Virus record (IMG/VR): IMGVR_UViG_3300006805_000044
Coordinates: 1-47,384 of that record
DNA from: a virus
Lineage: Duplodnaviria > Caudoviricetes
Strand: one strand, 5' to 3'
Length of the DNA: 47,384 nt
The notes under the pieces were generated by a model. The model made no database searches. It worked only from the letters and a program-made list of their open reading frames with translations, and was not told the DNA's origin. The translations under genes and the position numbers were made by a program. Shown here piece by piece: positions 43,188 through 47,384 of this stretch. Position 1 is the first letter of the stretch. Each line of letters opens with the position of its first letter.

Positions 43188-43332
43188 ACTGCTGCAAGTC
43201 GAGCCGGAGCCGGTCGCCGATGGTGACACACTGCGCGCAGCACTTGGCCTGATCGACCCGCTGCGCGCCGCGCTGCGCCGGCAGAACGAGCGCATGACGC
43301 TGTTGATCGAATGGGCGGAGCCGGAGAAGTGA
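43024..43332 (+). CDS. Rz1: o-spanin lipoprotein
   Basis: Lipobox LAGC after a hydrophobic signal; Pro-rich 'TPPAELL'; overlaps Rz. Confidence 0.75.
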   Translation: MRNPSSRRGLPARTLSWLAALTVLFLAGCSMAPAKRQPSAPMTDACLSLATPPAELLQVEPEPVADGDTLRAALGLIDPLRAALRRQNERMTLLIEWAEPEK

Positions 43333-43667
43333 CGAACCCGCTCATCGTCAACGTCATCGCGGCTGACGATACGTTCAGCAAGGAGTTGACCGTCACTGAG
43401 TTCGACTTCGCGGTTGCGATATGGGGCACGTTCGCAGGGACTCTGACGCTGCAGATCAAGCCGGTCTGGCGCGACGTTGAGATCGACTGGATCGATATTG
43501 GCATTTACGGCAATGCCGCCTATGTGTCGCATCCAGTTGTCAAGGGGACCTGCCTGGTTCGCGCCGGGTTCAAGTCAGGCGACTACGCGTCCGGTTCAGC
43601 CAACGTCGCGCTCTACCGTGGCGAGGATTCCACGGCGCGCGCCATTGTGACGAAGCGTCTGACATGA
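43329..43667 (+). CDS. Small beta-rich hypothetical (virion-associated?) protein
   Basis: GGAG RBS, GTGA-coupled; 'WGTFAGTLTLQ...VRAGFKSGDYASGSA'. Confidence 0.55.
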   Translation: MTNPLIVNVIAADDTFSKELTVTEFDFAVAIWGTFAGTLTLQIKPVWRDVEIDWIDIGIYGNAAYVSHPVVKGTCLVRAGFKSGDYASGSANVALYRGEDSTARAIVTKRLT

Positions 43668-44245
43668 CGGACATCGCCGTGGATCAGTGGGATGAAGACG
43701 ATCTCGTCGGGCTCAACGGCGAGCAAGCGGCGTTCGTCCGCGCCTACATCGAGTGCGGCGACAAACGCGCCTCGGCGCTGACGGTATGGCCGCGGCATAC
43801 GCGCCCTGTCCATGAGGCGAACCGGATGCTGCGCACGCCGAAAGTACGCGCAGCCATCGCCCGTGCGCGCGCCAAGATGTTCGACGACGCAGCGATGACC
43901 CGCAGCGAGATCCTGCGTGAGCTGGAATACATCGCCCGAGCAGACCCGCGCGACTACTTCGACGACGAAGGCAAGCCGCTCAACATCCACGACCTGCCTG
44001 ACCATGCTGCCCGCGCCATGGGTGACATGGAGTTCGCGATTCTGCCGGGAGGCAGCGTAGTCGTGACAGGTACGAAGAACTCCAAGATGAAGGCGCTGGA
44101 AGTGCTGGCGAAGGCCGCTGGCCTGCTCGACAAGGAAACGGCCAAGCCGCCGCAGGTCTTCAACTTCGATGTCAGCATCACGCCGGAGCCCGTGAAAGAG
44201 ATCAAGGCCGGCGGCTACATCCTGGACGTGCAGGTCGATGGCTGA
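43664..44245 (+). CDS. terS: Terminase small subunit
   Basis: 'LNGEQAAFVRAYI...A.RMLR.PKV..AI...ILREL..IA.ADPRDYFD...K.KALE.LAK..GL'; upstream of terL. Confidence 0.85.
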   Translation: MTDIAVDQWDEDDLVGLNGEQAAFVRAYIECGDKRASALTVWPRHTRPVHEANRMLRTPKVRAAIARARAKMFDDAAMTRSEILRELEYIARADPRDYFDDEGKPLNIHDLPDHAARAMGDMEFAILPGGSVVVTGTKNSKMKALEVLAKAAGLLDKETAKPPQVFNFDVSITPEPVKEIKAGGYILDVQVDG

Positions 44246-45692
44246 GGAAAACACGATCCGCTATCGGCCTACGCCGACCGCATCGCGGTTCCACCGGTCG
44301 CGTGCACTTGTTCGCGGTATCAAGGGTCCGATAGGCACGGGCAAGTCTGTCGCCTGCGTCATGGAGGTCTTCTTCGAGGCCATGCGCATGCCGCCTTCAT
44401 CGGACGGCGTGCGGCGCTCGCGCTGGCTGGCGATCCGCAACACGTATCCGGAACTGCTCTCGACCACGCTGCAGACGTGGGAGGACTGGTTCCCGATGGC
44501 CGAGACCGTCAAGAGCTCGCCGATCAAGTCGCGGCTGTGCATGGACCTGCCTGACGGCACGAAGCTGGAACTGCAGATGTGGTTCCTATCGATGGACAAG
44601 CCGAAGGACATGCGCAAGTTGAAGTCGCTGGATGCGACGGGAGGATGGCTTAACGAGGCGTCGGAGTTGTCGAAGGGCACGCTCGACATGATGACCGGAC
44701 GCATTGGGCGATTCCCGGCTAAACGCGACTGCCCGGACTACCGGTCCTGCATCATCATGGACACTAACCCGCCGGACACGGATCACTGGTGGTACCAACT
44801 CGCCGAGATCGAGCGGCCTCATGGGTTCGAGTTTTTCGATCAGCCGCCGGCCATCCGCCGTCGCGGCGGGACGGGCGCATGGGAGCCGAACCCCGAGGCC
44901 GAGAACGTGATGAACCACGTTAACGGCTTCGACTACTGGTTGCGCCAGGTTCCCGGTAAGCGAGACGACTGGATCAAGGTCATGCTGTGCGGCCAGTACG
45001 GCGCGACGATGGACGGCAAGCCGGTTTATCCGAACTACCGCGACGACGTGCACTGTCCGGCTGCCGACATCGAGCCGATGCGCGGCCTTCCGCTGCTGCT
45101 CGGATTCGACTGGGGGCGCACACCAGCCTGCGCGATCGCTCAACTAACACCACGCGGGCAGCTCCGGATCATCGACGAGATCGTGACGCCGGTTGACCGG
45201 CACGGCACGGGCGTCGGAGACTTTGTGAATAATTATGTCGTTCCGCACTTGAAGCTGAACTACGCTGGCATGGAAGTGCGCGCCTATGGCGACCCGGCCG
45301 GCGTAGCCAAGGAGGGCGACGACAAGAGCAGCTTCGACCGCTCGTCGGAAGCCGGCATCGTCTGCACGCCAGCGTCGACGAACGACATTCAGAAGCGCAT
45401 CGAGGCGGTCGACGCGTTCCTCATGCACATGGTAGACGGCCAGCCCGGCCTACTCGTATCGAAGAAAGCGCATACCATCCGCCGAGGCTTCCAAGGACGC
45501 TACCTGTACGAGCGTAAGAACGTCGGCGGCTACATCCCGGACTTCAAAACGGAGCCGGCGAAGAACGCCTACTCCCACCCGCATGACGCCGTGCAGTACG
45601 TTGCGCTCATGGCCTCTGGCGGGACGATCAAAAACACGGCCGTCGTGAAGGCGCGCCCGGTAACCGTGTCAAGTGCCGCAGGGTGGACGTGA
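44238..45692 (+). CDS. terL: Terminase large subunit
   Basis: GPIGTGKS (Walker A), WLNEASE (Walker B), DTNPP, GFDWG and HPHDAVQY (nuclease). Confidence 0.92.
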   Translation: MAEENTIRYRPTPTASRFHRSRALVRGIKGPIGTGKSVACVMEVFFEAMRMPPSSDGVRRSRWLAIRNTYPELLSTTLQTWEDWFPMAETVKSSPIKSRLCMDLPDGTKLELQMWFLSMDKPKDMRKLKSLDATGGWLNEASELSKGTLDMMTGRIGRFPAKRDCPDYRSCIIMDTNPPDTDHWWYQLAEIERPHGFEFFDQPPAIRRRGGTGAWEPNPEAENVMNHVNGFDYWLRQVPGKRDDWIKVMLCGQYGATMDGKPVYPNYRDDVHCPAADIEPMRGLPLLLGFDWGRTPACAIAQLTPRGQLRIIDEIVTPVDRHGTGVGDFVNNYVVPHLKLNYAGMEVRAYGDPAGVAKEGDDKSSFDRSSEAGIVCTPASTNDIQKRIEAVDAFLMHMVDGQPGLLVSKKAHTIRRGFQGRYLYERKNVGGYIPDFKTEPAKNAYSHPHDAVQYVALMASGGTIKNTAVVKARPVTVSSAAGWT

Positions 45693-47384
45693 TGCCTGGA
45701 CTGGTTGAGTTTCTATCTAACGCGCAGATCGCCGCACAAGAGGCGGTGGTCGCCGAAGAACAGCAGAAGACGGCTGCGCAGAAGCGCGCCGACGCACTCG
45801 TCGGAAACCTCGGCGCCTACATCGAGAAGTGCTGGCAGGCAGCGTACAACGCCAAGCAGCCGATCCAGATGGAGATGCTGGAGAGCCTGCGCCAGTGCAA
45901 CGGCGAGTACGACCCGCAGAAGCTAGCGGCCATCCGGGCGTTCGGTGGCTCGGAAGTGTTCATGCCGATGACCGGCAGTATCGTGCGCACGGCGTATTCC
46001 TGGCTGCGCGACGTTGTGCTCCCGGTTGGTGGACGACCGTTCGCTACCGAGCCGACGCCGCTCCCCGACCTGTCGCCGGACATCACGCAGACCATCGTCA
46101 TGCAGACCATGGAGGAAGCCGCCGCTGCCGCGCAGATGGCTGGCGCCCCGGTGCCTGCGTCAATGATCGAGGCGCGCGCCAAGATGCGCTACGACGACGC
46201 GCAGAAGCGGCTCAAGCAGGAGGCCGACCTGCGCAACGGTCGCATGGAAAAGAAGATCGACGACGTGTTCACCGAGGGTGGCTACTACGCTGCGCTTGAT
46301 GAATGCCTCCCTGACGTGATCTCGATGAAGCTCGGCTGCGTCAAGGGGCCGGTCACGAACAAGGTTCCGTCAGCGAAATGGGTTCAGCGAGGCGGGATGT
46401 GGACGGTCGATGTTGAGGAAGTGTCGCAGCAGCGGTACTACCGTGTTTCCCCGCTCGACCTCTATCCGGCGCCCGACTCAAAGGGAGTGAACGACGGCTA
46501 CCTGTTCGAGCGAATTCCGATGCGCCGGTCAAAGATCTACGCCATGATCGGCGAGAAGGGTTACGACGAGAAGCGCATCCGCGAGGCGCTTGACGAGTAC
46601 GAGCGCGGGTTCGACCTTAACCTGTCGTATGACCAAGAGCGCAATGACGCCGAGGGGAACAACCAGTACACGGATTCTCCAGACCGGTCGATTGATGTGC
46701 TGGAATTCCACGGCACGGTCCGCGGCAAGTGGCTCGTCGAATGGGGTATGGATACAGCGGACATTCCCGACGAGGACCGCGAGTACGACGTGATCTGCAT
46801 GCGCATCGGCCGGTTTATCGTGCGCTCCGTCCTGAACGACGACCCGCTGTGTGCGCGCCCGTACGGCTGCGCGTACTACCACAAGCCTGTCGCCGGGTTT
46901 TGGGGACAAGGTGTTCCGCATATCGTGCGTGACATGCAGGCCATGGTGAACGGCTGCGCGCGCGCCCTGATGAATAACATGGGCATGGCAGCGATGCCGT
47001 TGACCGAGATCGAGGCTGACCGGTTGGCCGAGGGACAGGAGCTCAAGGGCATCTACCCAGGGATGACGATTCAGACGAAATCGAATTCCAGCGGATCGCC
47101 AGGTCCTGCCGTGCGCTTTACGACGGTGCCTATCGTCGCCCAGGCGCTGATGGAGGTGTACAAATACTTCACGTCCGTGGCCGCGCAGTACAGCGGCATC
47201 CCTACCTATGAACAGGGCGTCAGTCCGAGCAGCGGAGCCGCCGGCACGGCATCCGGCTTGTCCATGCTCATGAACGCCACGACGCGCCAGTTCAAGGCAA
47301 CCGTGGCCAGCGTCGACGGCATTACCGAAGGCGCCGTGACGCGCACCTACAACTACGAGATGCGCTACGGCACCGACCCGTCGA
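45692..47384 (+). CDS. Portal protein (3'-truncated by window; absent from ORF track because it has no stop)
   Basis: ATG 45692 is TGATG-coupled to terL; the frame stays open to the window end: MPGLVEF...CNGEYDP.KL...RVSPLDLYPAPD...FWGQGVP...AGTASGLSMLM. Confidence 0.85.
   Translation, partial: MPGLVEFLSNAQIAAQEAVVAEEQQKTAAQKRADALVGNLGAYIEKCWQAAYNAKQPIQMEMLESLRQCNGEYDPQKLAAIRAFGGSEVFMPMTGSIVRTAYSWLRDVVLPVGGRPFATEPTPLPDLSPDITQTIVMQTMEEAAAAAQMAGAPVPASMIEARAKMRYDDAQKRLKQEADLRNGRMEKKIDDVFTEGGYYAALDECLPDVISMKLGCVKGPVTNKVPSAKWVQRGGMWTVDVEEVSQQRYYRVSPLDLYPAPDSKGVNDGYLFERIPMRRSKIYAMIGEKGYDEKRIREALDEYERGFDLNLSYDQERNDAEGNNQYTDSPDRSIDVLEFHGTVRGKWLVEWGMDTADIPDEDREYDVICMRIGRFIVRSVLNDDPLCARPYGCAYYHKPVAGFWGQGVPHIVRDMQAMVNGCARALMNNMGMAAMPLTEIEADRLAEGQELKGIYPGMTIQTKSNSSGSPGPAVRFTTVPIVAQALMEVYKYFTSVAAQYSGIPTYEQGVSPSSGAAGTASGLSMLMNATTRQFKATVASVDGITEGAVTRTYNYEMRYGTDPS

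Noticed and set aside
45705-46932. Short ORFs listed after terL
   Set aside because: All overlap the portal reading frame, which is open from 45692 to the window end.

Overview
A GC-rich dsDNA tailed phage, podovirus-like, of a Gram-negative host (it encodes Rz/Rz1 spanins). The window opens inside a tail gene and ends inside the portal gene; capsid and scaffold genes lie outside it. Layout: tail/ejection module with a 2555-aa polyvalent protein (1-13540, +); leftward early region of many small genes plus SSAP/SSB/YqaJ recombination genes (13498-23852, -); divergent promoters and a Cro-like gene; replication module (SF2 helicase, VRR-NUC, TOPRIM-DUF3987 primase-helicase; 24148-32352, +); a small leftward operon, HNH gene and AT-rich putative origin (32374-34400); accessory, lysis and tail-enzyme genes, then terS, terL and portal (34424-47384, +). 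No integrase, CI-type repressor, tRNA, CRISPR array or reverse transcriptase is visible. Main highlights: (1) An antisense cassette inside the replication module has its own sigma70 promoter and four abutting structured RNA units (28573-29099). Units 1-3 are closed by 19-24 bp stems that keep an invariant UUGAAG/CUUGAG element with a G.G mismatch while the surrounding pairs covary; this suggests an RNase III-processed small-RNA array co-transcribed with a basic Zn-finger protein. (2) An intact GGDEF domain without an I-site sits in the probably ejected polyvalent protein, together with a zincin and two ADP-ribosyltransferase cassettes. (3) Tad2-like and Gp49/Acb4-like nucleotide-signal sponges lie among the lysis genes. 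(4) A seven-copy operator overlaps most of the predicted promoters. All family assignments come from motif recognition by eye; no database searches were run.
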